Assembly (NCBI RefSeq): GCF_006345805.1
Contig: NC_042997.1
Span: 113,522,001 to 113,586,000 of the forward strand
Source of the DNA: Octopus sinensis
Lineage: Eukaryota
Direction: 5' to 3'
Length of the DNA stretch: 64,000 bases
The translations under genes were made by a program, and so were the position numbers. Position 1 is the stretch's first letter. Each line of letters starts with the position of its first letter. Of the stretch, positions 48,336 through 60,757 are shown one piece after another. The notes under the pieces are model-generated. The model was given only the letters and a program-made list of their open reading frames with translations. It did no database searches and had not been told where the DNA came from.

Positions 48336-49222
48336 CAGGTTGTTTTGAGTGCTTGTAGCACATAACCAGTTCAACTTGTACCACGGTTGGTTTGTTGGCA
48401 GCTAAATTCCCAAGCTCCCTCCTCTCGCCCCTGTCTATCATGGTCAAACCCAGCCAGACACAAAACAAGACAAAGATGTGTCAAAGAGACAGCTGAATCC
48501 AGCAGAGGGTCAATGGCCAACAATAGAGCAGGGGACATAGACATACCTGAGATGGTGTAATGCGCATGTTGTTTGTCCACTTTGGGAGTGGTGCACCTGG
48601 AACACCTGTCTGAGAGAGGGGCAGATGGGGCAGAAAGAGTAGATAGGGATCCTTTACTGTAAAAAGATTTAGGGTTATCTATTTTCACTGCCATGCTGTC
48701 TTGTGAATGACCCCAGGAAGACAAAGACTAAGAGAGTTGTCCCTGAGGGAAACCACAAGCTGTGGTGGCTAACCCCAAGATGGTTCCCAACAGACTGGAT
48801 ATTTGGCAGCTTCTTGTTGCTGAGAGGATGTATCAGTTGTCTTTGGTCATTGTTGATCTCTGATTCAGTGTCACTGTTTTGGGGAAGTATGCTACACCCT
48901 AATGCAAAACTCCTTTAACTCTTCATTGAACAGTTATCTTACAGTTATGTAATGTCAGTCTTGGGTTTCAAAGGTGGATAATTTATTATCATTGTTTTAA
49001 TGTCCAGTTTTCCATGCTTGCATGGGTTGGATGAATTTTATTGAACCAGATTTTCTGTGGCTGGACGCCCTCCTTCTTGCCAACTCTCGCCTGTTTCCAA
49101 ACAGGGTAATATTTTCCATGGCCAGACGTTTGTTTTCACAGAATATTGGAAATGAACGACATTACTTGTGTGATGGTGACACTCATTCACAACTACCACA
49201 ATGTCAAGACAAGGAGACGCAA

Positions 49223-49255
<33 letters not shown>

Positions 49256-50874
49256 GGGCGCCTTTCAGTTATTTGTCAACCAAATTCACTTAAGACGACT
49301 TTGTTTGACCAGAAGCTATAATAGAAGATGCTTTGTCATGGAACTGAACCCAGAACCATTTGGCTGGGAAGTAAACTTCTGAGCCACACAATCACACCTG
49401 CATCTTTTTGAATAATACATTAGTTAAGTAATATCTCCTCATATGTAAGGCGGTGAACTGGCAAAATCGTTAACACACCGGGTGAAATGCTTCGTAGTAT
49501 TTTGTCTGTCTTTATGTTCTGAGTTCAAATTCTGACGAGGTCAACTTTGCCTTTCATCCTATCGGGATCAATAAATTAAGAACCAGTTGCATACTGGGGT
49601 CAATCTAATTGACTGGACCTCACCCCCAAAATTTCAGGCCTTGTACCTAGAGTAGAAGAGAATATCTTGTCGTATGTTTTCCTTCTTCACTACACACACA
49701 CAGTAAGACATTGGAACACCTGTTCAAAGATAAGATTCTTAGTTTTTAAAATTCTAATGGAGGGAAGAAAAAATAAAAACAGCAGAAAAGAAAGCACATT
49801 TATAATTTCCAAACAATCAAAAAAAGTGCACCAATTTGCAGCATAAACAGATCATGATCAACAACACCAACAAGAACACTAACACCATAGGTAAATCAAT
49901 GTCATCATCATCATCATCATTTAATGTCCATTTTCCATGGTGGCATGGGTTGAACGGTTTGACTGTGTCTAGCAAGCCAGGAGGCCACACCAGGCTCCGA
50001 TCTGATCTGGCAAGGTTTCTACAGCTGGATGCTCTTCCTAATGCCAACCACTCCAAGAGTGTAGTGAGTGCTTTTTACATGTCACCGGCACGGGAACCAG
50101 TCAGGCGGCACTGGCTTCGACCACATTCAGATGGTGCTTTTTATGTGCCACCAGCATGGGGAGCCAGTCAGGCGGCACTGGTGATGACCCATGCATGAAT
50201 GGCGCTTATTGCGTGCCATCAGCACAGGAGCCAGTCAGGCGGCACTGGCATCGGCCACAACTACAATTTCCATTTGATTGTTATTTGATTTTTGGTTTTG
50301 ATTAACTCAATAGGTCTCCTCCAGCACCAGGAAATTCTCTGATAGCAATTCTCAGCATCACAGACTCACAAAGAATTCTTTCAAAATAAATATTTCTTAC
50401 CCACACATACCAAAATATAATTAGAAAACATGACTCAGAAGAAATCTTTAAAATTCGTTAATACATCACTAATTAAAATTGCTTTCATGGAATTTTAAAA
50501 ATGTTAAGATTATTCCAAGCATGGCTGTGTGGTAAGAAGCTTGCTTCCCAACCACGTGTTTCCGGGTTCAGTCCCACTGCGTGGCACCTTGGGCAAGTGT
50601 CTTCTACTATAGCCTCGGTTCAGCCAAAGCCTTATGAGTGGGTTTGATAGATGAAAACTGAAAGAAGTCCATCGTATATGTGTGTGTGTGTGTTTTTGTG
50701 TCTATGTTTTCCCCTCCCCATCACCACTTGACAACCAGTGTTGGTGTGTTTATGCCCCCATAACTTAGCAATTCGGCAAAAGGTGCCATGCAGTTGGACT
50801 GAACCTGGAACCATGTAACTGGGAAGCAAGAGCTACTTACCACACAGCCAAACCTGCCCCTTTATATTTTATTA

Positions 50875-51500
50875 CCGCTGCCTGAACAAAGGTGGAGGTG
50901 TTTGTTTGTTTGTCCATGGACAAGATATCTCAAGAACTGCTGGATGTATTCAGATGAAACTTTTAAGGATGTTTGGCCTCGTGCCTGGCACAAACACTAG
51001 GATTTCTAAAGGAAGACCGGAATTTAAGAGAAGAGAAAACCAAAAGCTCTCATGATATTCTTTGAAGGATTATTTTCAGATATTCTCATTTTAACAATCA
51101 TCATCATCATCGTTTAACGTCCGTTTTCCATGCTAGCATGGGTTGGACGGTTCGACTGGGGTCTGGGAAGCCAGGAGGCTGCACCAGGCTCCAATCTGGT
51201 CTGGCAGTGTTTCTACAGCTGGATGCCCTTCCTAATACCAACCACTCCGTGAGTGTAGTGGGTGCTTTTTACGTGCCACCGGCACAGGTGCCAGGGGAGG
51301 CTGGCAATGACCACGATCAGTTGGTGCTTTTTACGTGCCACCAGCAGGGAAGCCAGTCAAGGAGGTGCTGGCATCGGCCACATTTGGATGGTGTTTTTTT
51401 TATATGCCACCAGCACAGGTATCACAATTACATCTCTGGTTAATCATTGAGAGGACATTGGTGTTGCCTTGGTGGAGGTGTGCACTCTGAGTACTCTTTG
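50875..51500 (+). mobile_element. Second HINE-like copy interrupted by an RTE 3' UTR insertion
   Basis: 5' part 50875-50995 and 3' part 51450-51500 match 34066-34410; the middle is occupied by other repeats. Confidence 0.55.
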
Positions 51501-52146
51501 AAATAAGGAGGGATCCTTTATCATAGTAAGAATGGAGAAAGCACAAGACATTTCTATGATATCATGTGATCATGTGATCTGCTAAGCTATCAGATGTTGT
51601 AATACATCACTGGACACAATGCACAATGGACACAATGCACTTTGCATTGTTGTGGCTTTCGAATGATGACACCTGACTGGCTAGCCATGCAGGCCAACAT
51701 TGCATCTGAATGGAATGCTGGTCCAGCACAGGGTGACCCCTTTACAGCTGATTAGACTGAGGCAGTGTGAAATGAAATGTTTTGCTCAAGAACCCAATGT
51801 GCAGCTGGTCCAGAAATCAAACCTGTGATCTCATGATTGTGCTGGCAACAAGCCTAACCACTAGGCCACATATGTTCATCATTTGTTTCTATGCTACAAG
51901 AAAGTCTGGAAGGTAAAAGATTTTACCAACAGCAGCAGAAATGGGAATTATGTAACAACTGGAGTATTATCCATCATTTAATGGATAAACTTGGCAGTAC
52001 ACACTTTAGCCATCATGGATAATATCAGGAAATAAGGCAAAACGTATAGTGATTATAATTTGACTTGTAATACATACAAACAAGAGCACTCAGAGAGTGC
52101 AAACTTCCTCCAACGCAACACCAACGTCCTCTCAACAATTGAAGCT

Positions 52147-52590
52147 CAGAAGTGGCTGTGTGGTAAGTAGTTCCGGGTTCAGTTTCACATGGCACCTTGG
52201 GCAAGTGTCTTTTACTATAGCCTCAGGCTGACCAAAGCCTTGTGAGTGGATTTGGTAGACGGAAACATATATGTCGTATACATATGTGTGTGTGTGTGTG
52301 TGTGTGTGGGTGTATGTTTGTGTGTCTGTGTTTGCTCCTCCCCCCCCCCATCGTTTGACAACCGATGTTGGTGTGTTTACGTCTCCATAACATAGTTTGG
52401 CAAAAGTGACCGATAGAATACGTACTACAGTTCTGTTAGCAACAAACGAGATGAGGACAAATATCCGTGAACTGTAAACAATGTAGAATAAGTACTAGGC
52501 TTACAAAGAATAAGACGTGGGGTTGATTTGTTCGACTAAAGGCAGTGCTCCAATATGGCCGCAGTCAAATAACTGAAACAAATAAAAGAA
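52147..52590 (+). mobile_element. SINE family A with a 56-bp nested insertion
   Basis: Collinear with family A except the insert at 52428-52483. Confidence 0.85.
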
Positions 52591-52963
52591 TGAAAGAACT
52601 GAATTTCTTGCTGCTTCTAGGAAACCTGCGATCATTTGTGTGTGTTCTGTGTCTGTGTGGATATTCTGTCTGTCTGTGCATGTTCAGGTGTATTTAAATC
52701 ACTCACTCCTCATCTCTCCATCTCCCTCCCTCTGTCATTTCCCTCTCCCCATTCCCTCTCTCTCTCTCTCACCCCTCCCTTATATTCCCTCTTTTTGTAT
52801 TAATTCCTACACAACATTTCGCCACCCCATCCCACAACCACCACCACCACAACCCAAGCTTAGGCAATAATGAGATAAAAGATACTTTACTGTGGCGCTG
52901 CCATCCCCACCTTCACGGAAAGTTAAAAGGAGGAGAAAATTATTTTCTGACCTACTTTAGTAT

Positions 52964-53002
<39 letters not shown>

Positions 53003-53033
53003 CTTTTTCTCTGTTTTTTTACTAATTGTTTCT

Positions 53034-53078
<45 letters not shown>

Positions 53079-54894
53079 CATATACCTATATACAAATACA
53101 TATATATACAAACGTATATATGTATATAATAAGCTTTAAAGAGGATAAACAGAATGAGGTCAAGAATGAAGATTTGCAAATTATAAACCTTGTGGCTTAT
53201 AAATACACATTAAGAATTTGATAGTTTACCACTACTTTTGAGGCAGAAATAAAGTAAAATATTGCATGTGGAAATAGGAAACTACTACACTACTTTATAT
53301 GGCTTTCCCCACTCATCCAGTTTTATTTTCTTAGTTTTTAAGTTTTTAGTGTCTGTTTCTTGGAAATAATTGTTTATCAGTAAAACCATGTTGTTTTATA
53401 TTTGGTGTAGTTTAGCTGATGACAGGTTACAAAGATAAAATAAATGTCATTTAAAATAGGAGAGAAAGAAACCGAGAACAAGTCTATTGATTCCGAGTCT
53501 GCTTTCTTTACCATTTATCAATTTGGTTGATTTCTGGAAGTTTCTACTTGTTTTTTGTTGTTGTTTGTTTTTTAAACAAAGAAATTTTTCCTAACATTGC
53601 AATGTATTTAAATTTGCTCTAAATTGCAAAGCAATTTCTAGAGATATGCTAGGAAAGGCAGCCACAGTTCTTTTAAGTCACATCCTATTTTATGAAATGA
53701 TGAAGGACACGTTGGACTGCATGTTACTTGATATACATAGGAAAAAGACAAAGTGGCTACTACTGGTGTTTGAATATACTTCTGGCTAACTGGAGTTGAC
53801 CAGTGGGGATTAAAAGATGGCTACTGCTGGTGTTTAAATATATTTCTGGTCAAGCAGAGTTGACCTGGGGATTAAACAACAACAATGCTATAATTTCAGT
53901 TATCATCATCATCATCATCATCTACACTATTGTTCTTTCCTTAAACTTGATTAAGATGGCCGACAAGCAGAACCGTTTGCATATACCAGGCAAAATGCTT
54001 AGCTGCATTTCTTCTGACTTCACATTTCTGAATTCAAATGCTGCCAGGGTTGACTTTGCCTTTTGTCCTTTCAGGATCAATAAAATAAGGACCAGTTGAG
54101 CACTGGGGTCGATCTAATTGATTTTCCTCCTCCACCGAAATTGCTGGCCTTGTGCCAGACTTTGAAATCATTATTATACAAGCAAGCTGGTCTTTTCCCT
54201 GCTAATTCTAAATCTGATTTTTCTTGCTTGTTCTTTAGGTTTAGTAGTTCTTGTGGTCTAGTGTGATATCATTGGTAAAAGCCAGGTCATAAGGCCTTCC
54301 TTACTCCATCCACTGTATTCCTCGGCTCCTGTGCTGGTGACATGACTAGCTTTCATGCCAGTGGCATGTAAAAAGCACCATTTGAGTGTGGTCGATGCCA
54401 GTGCTGCCTGACTGGCTCCCGTGCCAGTGGCACATAAAAAGCACCATTTGAGCTTGGTTGATGCCAGTGGCACCTGACTGATCCCCATACCGGTGGCATG
54501 CAAAGAGCACCCACTACACTCTCAGAGTTGTTGGCATTAGGAAAGGCATCCAGCAGTAGAAGCTTTGCCAGATTGGAGCCTGGTGCAGCATCCTGGTTTG
54601 CCAGTCCTCAGTCAAACCATCCAACCCATGCCAGCATGGAAAGCAGACGTTAAACAATGATGATGATGTTACCTTCTTCAATACAAAGTCAGTTGCTAAC
54701 AAGAACCAGATTTCTTTCAATTAATTGTAAAATTAATGAAGAACTTAGTAAAATACCTTGCCATTATTAATTTGGTATCAAGTTGTAAACTGACAGAATC
54801 ATAGCATGCCAGGCTGCTTAGCATTGTCTGTCTTTACATTCCAAGTTAAAATTCTACCAAGGCCGCCTTTGCCTTTCATCCTCTTGGGGTTACT

Positions 54895-55302
54895 CTTTTA
54901 TTTGTTTCAGTCATTCGACTGTTCCCATGCTGAAGCACCACCTTTAGTCGAGCTAATCGACCCCAGGACTTATTCTTTGCAAGCCTAGTACTTATTCTAT
55001 TGATCTCTTTTGCCGAACCGCTAAGTTACAGGGTCATAAACACACCAACATTGGTTATCAAGTGATGTTGGGAGGGGGGTGGGGACAAAAACAGACACAA
55101 ACATATACACACACATATATATATATATACATATATACGACAGGCTTCTTTCAGTTTCCGTCTACCAAATCCACTCATAAGCCTTTGGTCAGCCCGAGGC
55201 TATAGTAGAAGACACTTGCCCAAGGTGCCATGCAGTGGGACTGAACCTGGAACCATGCAGTTCGTAAGCAAGCTACTTACCACACAACCACTCCTACACC
55301 TA
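54895..55302 (-). mobile_element. SINE family A
   Basis: Full reverse-complement copy. Further partial copies near 9600-9760, 22056-22209, 23620-23855, 30010-30130, 36365-36690, 36920-37085, 38050-38215, 44030-44210, 45380-45500 and 50518-50830. Confidence 0.88.
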
Positions 55303-55356
55303 TAGAAATAAAATAAGTACCATTTGAGCCCTAGAGGGTTGATATAATTGATTTAA

Positions 55357-55577
55357 CCCTTTTGTTACCAACCCGGCTGAAACCGGCTCTAGCCCTGTAG
55401 TACAAATGTCTCATTTTCAAAAGTTCTGAATTGAAATCTTCCACCAAGCCTTAGTCACAATTTATGTTCCTAACACTAGCTTAATGATAACCAAGTTATT
55501 TTACTAAATTCTTTGTTATATTTAAAATAATTGAAAGAAACACAAAGCATCTCAAAATAAATACAGTAACGAAAGGG
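55357..55577. mobile_element. piggyBac-type MITE
   Basis: TTAA on both sides; TIRs CCCTTTTGTTAC / GTAACGAAAGGG. Confidence 0.88.
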
Positions 55578-55757
55578 TTAATCCCACTCCCCAAATTGCT
55601 GACCTAGAGCCAAAATTTTAAACCATTATTAGTCTGGTATTTGGAACACAAACCAACATGAATCTTTGGTGGCCGGTTTTCATTTAGATTGCTTTAAAAC
55701 AGGTTGTTTTTGTAACGTAGACCCAAAAGCTGTTTCAGGCAAGTTACTATCAAAAGA

Positions 55758-55950
55758 TAGTCACCATGATAGATCGTTAGCCACTACACACATTTCTTTC
55801 TCTCCTTGTTTTTTCTGTGTCCCTTTCTGTAGAAGAGCGTAGGCTCGAAACGTAAAAGACTTTTTCAATTCCTGAGCATTATACTAATACATCTGGTTTT
55901 TTTTGTACACCACCTGTCTTCGTCTTTTGTTTTTTTCGTAAACTCTCCCC
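55758..55950 (+). mobile_element. 193-bp Penelope-like non-autonomous element with hammerhead-like motif
   Basis: Perfect 14-bp direct repeat TTACTATCAAAAGA at 55744-55757 and 55951-55964; internal CTTT-CTGTAGA-A-GAGC-GTAG-GCTC-GAAAC-GTA-AAAG (55823-55858). Confidence 0.8.
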
Positions 55951-56206
55951 TTACTATCAAAAGAGTTGATGTAGGCTTCATATTGTCAGTATCATTGTCT
56001 AAGCCTCCACTTTTCTGTGCTAGCTTTGTTCAGGTAAAATTTATGGAGGTAGATGCTCTTCCTGTTGCTAACACTCAACTGTTTCCAAACTAGGTCATAT
56101 TTCCTAAAGTCTTTCAACCAATAGCCAGACATGATTCCATGTGAGAAAAAAAATAACTATTTGCATGAACAGTGACTGAGTAGTGGTGGTTGTGAATAAT
56201 TCTACA

Positions 56207-56682
56207 GGCAGCGAGCTGGCAGAAACGTTAGCACGCTGGGCCATTACATTCTGAGTTCAAATTCTGTTAGCATGTCTGCCGTTACGTTCTGAGTTCAAAT
56301 TCCGCCAAGGTCGACTTTGCCTTTCATCCTTTCAGGGTCGATAAATTAAATACCAGTTATGCACTGGGGTCGATATAATCGACTTAATCCCTTTGTCTGT
56401 CCTTGTTTGTCCTCTCTGTGTGTAGCCCCTTGTGGGCAATAAAGAAATTATAAGGTGGTGAGCTGGCAGAAACGTTAGCACACTGGGCGAAATGCTTAGC
56501 GGTATTTCGTCTGCCGTTACATTCTGAGTTCAAACTCCGCCGAGGTCGACTTTGCCTTTCATCCTTTCAGGGTCGATAAATTAAGACCAGTTACGCACTG
56601 GGGTCGATATAATCGACTTAATCCATTTTCTGTCCTTGTTTGTCTCTTCTGTGTTTAGCCCCTTGTGGGTAGTAAAGAAATA
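56207..56682 (+). mobile_element. SINE family B tandem cluster
   Basis: Head-to-tail monomers with a duplicated head segment. Confidence 0.85.
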
Positions 56683-57952
56683 GGTTGTGAATAATTTTGT
56701 GTATTTGTGAAGCTCTCCATTGACATGAAAATATCAAGACACTATAAAGACATGTAAGCACACACACACATATACACATAACAGGTTTCTTACAGTTTCC
56801 CTCTACCAGTTTCACACACAAGGCAATGGTCAGCTTGTAGATATAGAAAAAGCCATCAACCAACAGTGTCCATGCATAATTAAAACAATTTTGATCCCTT
56901 AATCATAAGAAGTAGAACAGTATCTTTGGCTCTGAGACAAGTGGTAGGACAGGTGTTAGTCCTCAGACCAGAGATAGGGTCCATGTGTTTACAACAAAGT
57001 GGGTTCACCAACGACACCTGAAGGCCTGATAGTAGTGACAGTGTTAAACTGGTTTAGTAATTAGGACTACCCCTTCCATACCCAGGAGTAAGAATGGCCC
57101 TTCCAGCAGGCTTCTGCACAGTTTCCGACTCCCAAATTCTACTCAAAGAACTTTGGTTAATCTAAAGCTATGATGGCAGGCTCTTGGCCAAAATGCCTGC
57201 AGTGGTATCAAACCAGAAACTGCATAGTTCTGCAGCAGGAATTTTAACACCACCACCATCATCATCATCATCATCATCATGTCGATGTCATAGATTGGCA
57301 ATGATGGTAGAGTGCGAGATCAAATACTTTGCAGGTACATCTATTGATGTCAGGAGTTCAAATCCTAGCATTGTTAATATGTTGTTGTTTATTTTTTATT
57401 TCTTTATTTCTGCAGGGTTGATAAACTAAATGGCAGAAAAGCGGTTAATCTTATATTCAGCTGTTCAGCCATATTCCTTCTTTACAATATTCTACCAATA
57501 TGGGGAGGGGGGGAAAAAAGCAAGAAAATAACAGAATGAAAATCAATATTTGGATAGAACCATTTTTCAGAGTTAGAATGGATATAAGTTAGGACACGAA
57601 AAGCATGCTTATCAGGATCAAAGCAGATCAATAATAGCTTCTGTAAACAGAGAAGAAAACTAGCAAAGAGCATTTATGCCACCTCGAAGACAAAGTCCTT
57701 GCTTTACAGCATGTAACAGCAGCACTTTATAAAAACTTGAAAGTGCTTGACATTTGAGAGAGATTAGCCATAAACTTTGTAAATATAAGAATGTTAAAGA
57801 ATAGATGAAAATATATTTAAAATAACAAATTTGATTTCTGGAGATAGGCTGTCTGTTTGGTTTGATATATTAAAGATGTTTGCTGGCTGTTTCGGTGCTT
57901 ACGAAACAGAAGCAGGATTCTATTGATATAAACAAATTAAATTTGTCTTTAA

Positions 57953-58161
57953 CCCTTTTCTTGCCATATTTCTATGAAATGCATTGCTTTTGTTTCAATT
58001 AATTCTTAAAATAATGAAGAATTCAGTGAAATAGCTTTGTCGTTATTAAGCTGGCATTTGGAACCTGAAATTTCGATGGAAGGTTTTTGATGTAATTTTA
58101 AAACACAATGTTTGTATTGCAGAAGCAGGAACTGTCTTGGACAAGATGGTATCAAAAGGGG
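57953..58161. mobile_element. piggyBac-type MITE, second family
   Basis: TTAA-CCCTTTT...AAAAGGGG-TTAA. Related partial copies near 4521-4620, 5118-5290, 29040-29420, 30640-30740 and 31530-31632. Confidence 0.8.
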
Positions 58162-58278
58162 TTAAAATGCTTATCCTTTTCATACTAATCTGCTTCAGAC
58201 TGGGTCCAATAATACAAACACCATGTTTTAATGCGATCTATATTAAAACATTCCATCAAAATAACTTGTTTTACTAAA

Positions 58279-58646
58279 TCTCTATATATATAAATGGCAA
58301 AATGTGTGTGTGTGTGTGTGTCCTTTATACAAATCCACAATTTTTCAGTTAGAGGGCTTGCACTTTCTATGGTCATTCAAAACCATCCAAGAGTGGTCGT
58401 GCACATCTTTACATTTCCCCAGTCACCCCACAAAGCCATTAAGAAATCAATAGAAGTGACTTTTTTGTGAATTTTCTATCCAAAACCCAATCAAAATGCC
58501 CAAAACTTGATACACCAATTGAATGCCAGCTAGCTGTATGTGATTGGTTGGAGATTTGGACAGTACTCATGTGTATGTGCGCACGCACGCAGCTGTATAT
58601 GCATGCACTAGCACTATGACCTGGCGTTGCCGAGTCATAGTGCTAG
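58279..58646 (+). mobile_element. Non-autonomous Helitron
   Basis: A^TCTCTATATATATAAATG start; subterminal hairpin GCACTATGAC...GTCATAGTGC (58611-58643); CTAG^T end. Confidence 0.88.
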
Positions 58647-59416
58647 TTCTTCATAATTTCCAAAATTAACTGATGCAAAATCAATCCTGTTGGTGTGAAA
58701 AAAAAACACTGGTGCTGGTGCTATGTAAAAAAGCACCCAGTAGACCCTGTAAAATGGTTGGCATTAGGAAGAGCATCCCACCGTAGAAACCATGCCAAAA
58801 CAAGCTATGGTGCATGGTGTGGTTCTGGGCCCTACCAGCTCCCGTCAAACTGTTCAACTCATGCCAGCATGGAAAAAAGATGTTAAATGATGCTGATGAT
58901 GACGATGATGATAGTAACAAATGTGTTAAATCAGTTCCTTGCTGTTTTCTGTTATATGGAACCGACTGCCCCCTCCCTGTCTCTACCTTACCTGATATCC
59001 AAACTTAAAGGCACCGATTAAAGATGTTTCTTGTTATTATATCTTCGTTAAGTAAGCAATGGTTTAGAATCCTGAGATCAGTTTTTATTTAGATCTTGTT
59101 GATGTTGATGATGAAGTAATTGTTGCTTCTTTTATTAAACAAACCAGCCTGCAGTTATTGATAGGCTGAAGGTATCTATTTATCCATCTGCATCAGCTGC
59201 CAGCTGTAGTTTAGAGATGATAACTAGCATTTATTTACAGCAGTTATGGAAGCGGGAGCAGTCGTGAAAAAGTTTACACGTTCTGCTAGTCGTCCCGTTC
59301 TGCTGGTTAATGTAACATCTTTTACTCAGTAAATCTGCCAAGTTCTGTAAGGTGCCACACAGTCTCTAAACACTTGTATTTAAAAGATCAGTTAAGAGAG
59401 CTGTTTCTCCATTTAG

Positions 59417-59484
59417 AATGATTTTAAGAGATTTGTTTGGAAAAGAACGTCAAATGTTTCAAAGAACTTGTTTATATTTAAAAG
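59417..59484 (+). CDS. Candidate internal exon (68 nt; alternative acceptor at 59387)
   Basis: Acceptor CTGTTTCTCCATTTAG, donor AAG|GTGAGT; frame (A)MILRDLFGKERQMFQRTCLYLK(G) is phase-compatible with the exon ending at 31855. A second frame is also open. Confidence 0.42.
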
Positions 59485-60209
59485 GTGAGTTACACCTTGT
59501 GTAGAATTGAGTGTGTGTGTGTGGTGTTCACTGTTAACAGAAAGAAAGTGGGGTAAACTAGGAAAGGATGTGGTATGGATCATGTGTGAAACGTCAAACT
59601 TCAAACCCCTTTACTGGGTTTCAGGGTGTGATGTTGGGGGTCTATAAATGTTGTTTATCATGTCTTGATTTGTGGGCGTAATGCTCAGCAGTATTTCATC
59701 TGCCGCTACGTTCTGAGTTCAAATTCCGCCGAGGTTGTCTTTGCCTTTCATCCTTTCGGGGTCGATAAATTAAGTACCAGTTATGCACTGGGGTTGATGT
59801 AATCGACTTAATCCGTTTGTCTGTCCTTGTTTGGCCCCTTGTGGGTAGTAAAGAAATAGATTTGATGGTTAGGGCATTTGGCTTACAATTGTAAGGTCGT
59901 GAGTTCGATTCCTGATAACCTGTTGTGTCCTTGAGCAAGACACTTTCTTTCACATTGTTCCAGTCCACGCTGCTGGTTAAAGTGAGTAGTACCTGTAATT
60001 CAAAGGGGGCCAGCCTTGTCACATTCTGTGTCATGCTGAATATATTATTTTCTTTACTACCCACAAGGGGTTAAACACAGAGAGGATAAACAAGGACAGA
60101 CAAACGGATTAAGTCGATTACATCGATCCCCAGTGCGTAACTGGTACTTAATTTATCGACCCCGAAAGGATGAAAGGCAAAGTCGACCTATTCCTGTGAA
60201 TTACATTAA

Positions 60210-60312
60210 CCTTTAACACGTATTTTCTCTAGAATTGTCTCTCCTGCCACTGACCTGTTACTACAGGGGAGAAAACTCATAGTGACATGATGCACCTACA
60301 GCTTGCTAAAGG
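60210..60312. mobile_element. 103-bp piggyBac-type MITE nested in a SINE
   Basis: TTAA TSD (60206-60209 and 60313-60316); termini CCTTTAAC / GCTAAAGG; the host SINE sequence ACATTAAGGGTA is restored on excision. Confidence 0.75.
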
Positions 60313-60700
60313 TTAAGGGTATGACTGTCTGTGGAGTGCTCAACCATTTGCTCGTTAATTTCATGAGCAGGCTGTTCTGTTGATTGGATCGACTGGAACA
60401 CTCATCGTCATAATTAACAGAATACCAGTTATATCTGCAACAAAATTAGTTATAGGCTATTAATAAGCCAGTAGTTTTGTTTTTGGATTTGGTTTGCAAG
60501 ATTCTTTGTGTGAGTTCATGTTTTGAAGCATATTTTGTTGTGTCTGGGGAGGGTCATTCCCTTTTAGTGCCTTATTATTTAACACACTCACTGGTAAAGT
60601 TTCCACTCACATGGAAACTTGACCGGTGTGGGTTATGTTTCCATAACTTTTAACAAATAAATGTAATGGTGATAATTACCCATAAAGAACCTCAAAATAG

Positions 60701-60745
<45 letters not shown>

Positions 60746-60757
60746 TAATAATAATAA

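Noticed and set aside
47583-48374. Long ORFs (up to 263 aa) rich in Y/I/H/T or C/V/Y/M; also 43118-43700 and 62406-62766
   Set aside because: Translations of TA/TG/CA microsatellites, open in several frames on both strands.
54239-54274. 36-nt exon-like segment with a good acceptor
   Set aside because: Stops in all three frames and a weak donor.
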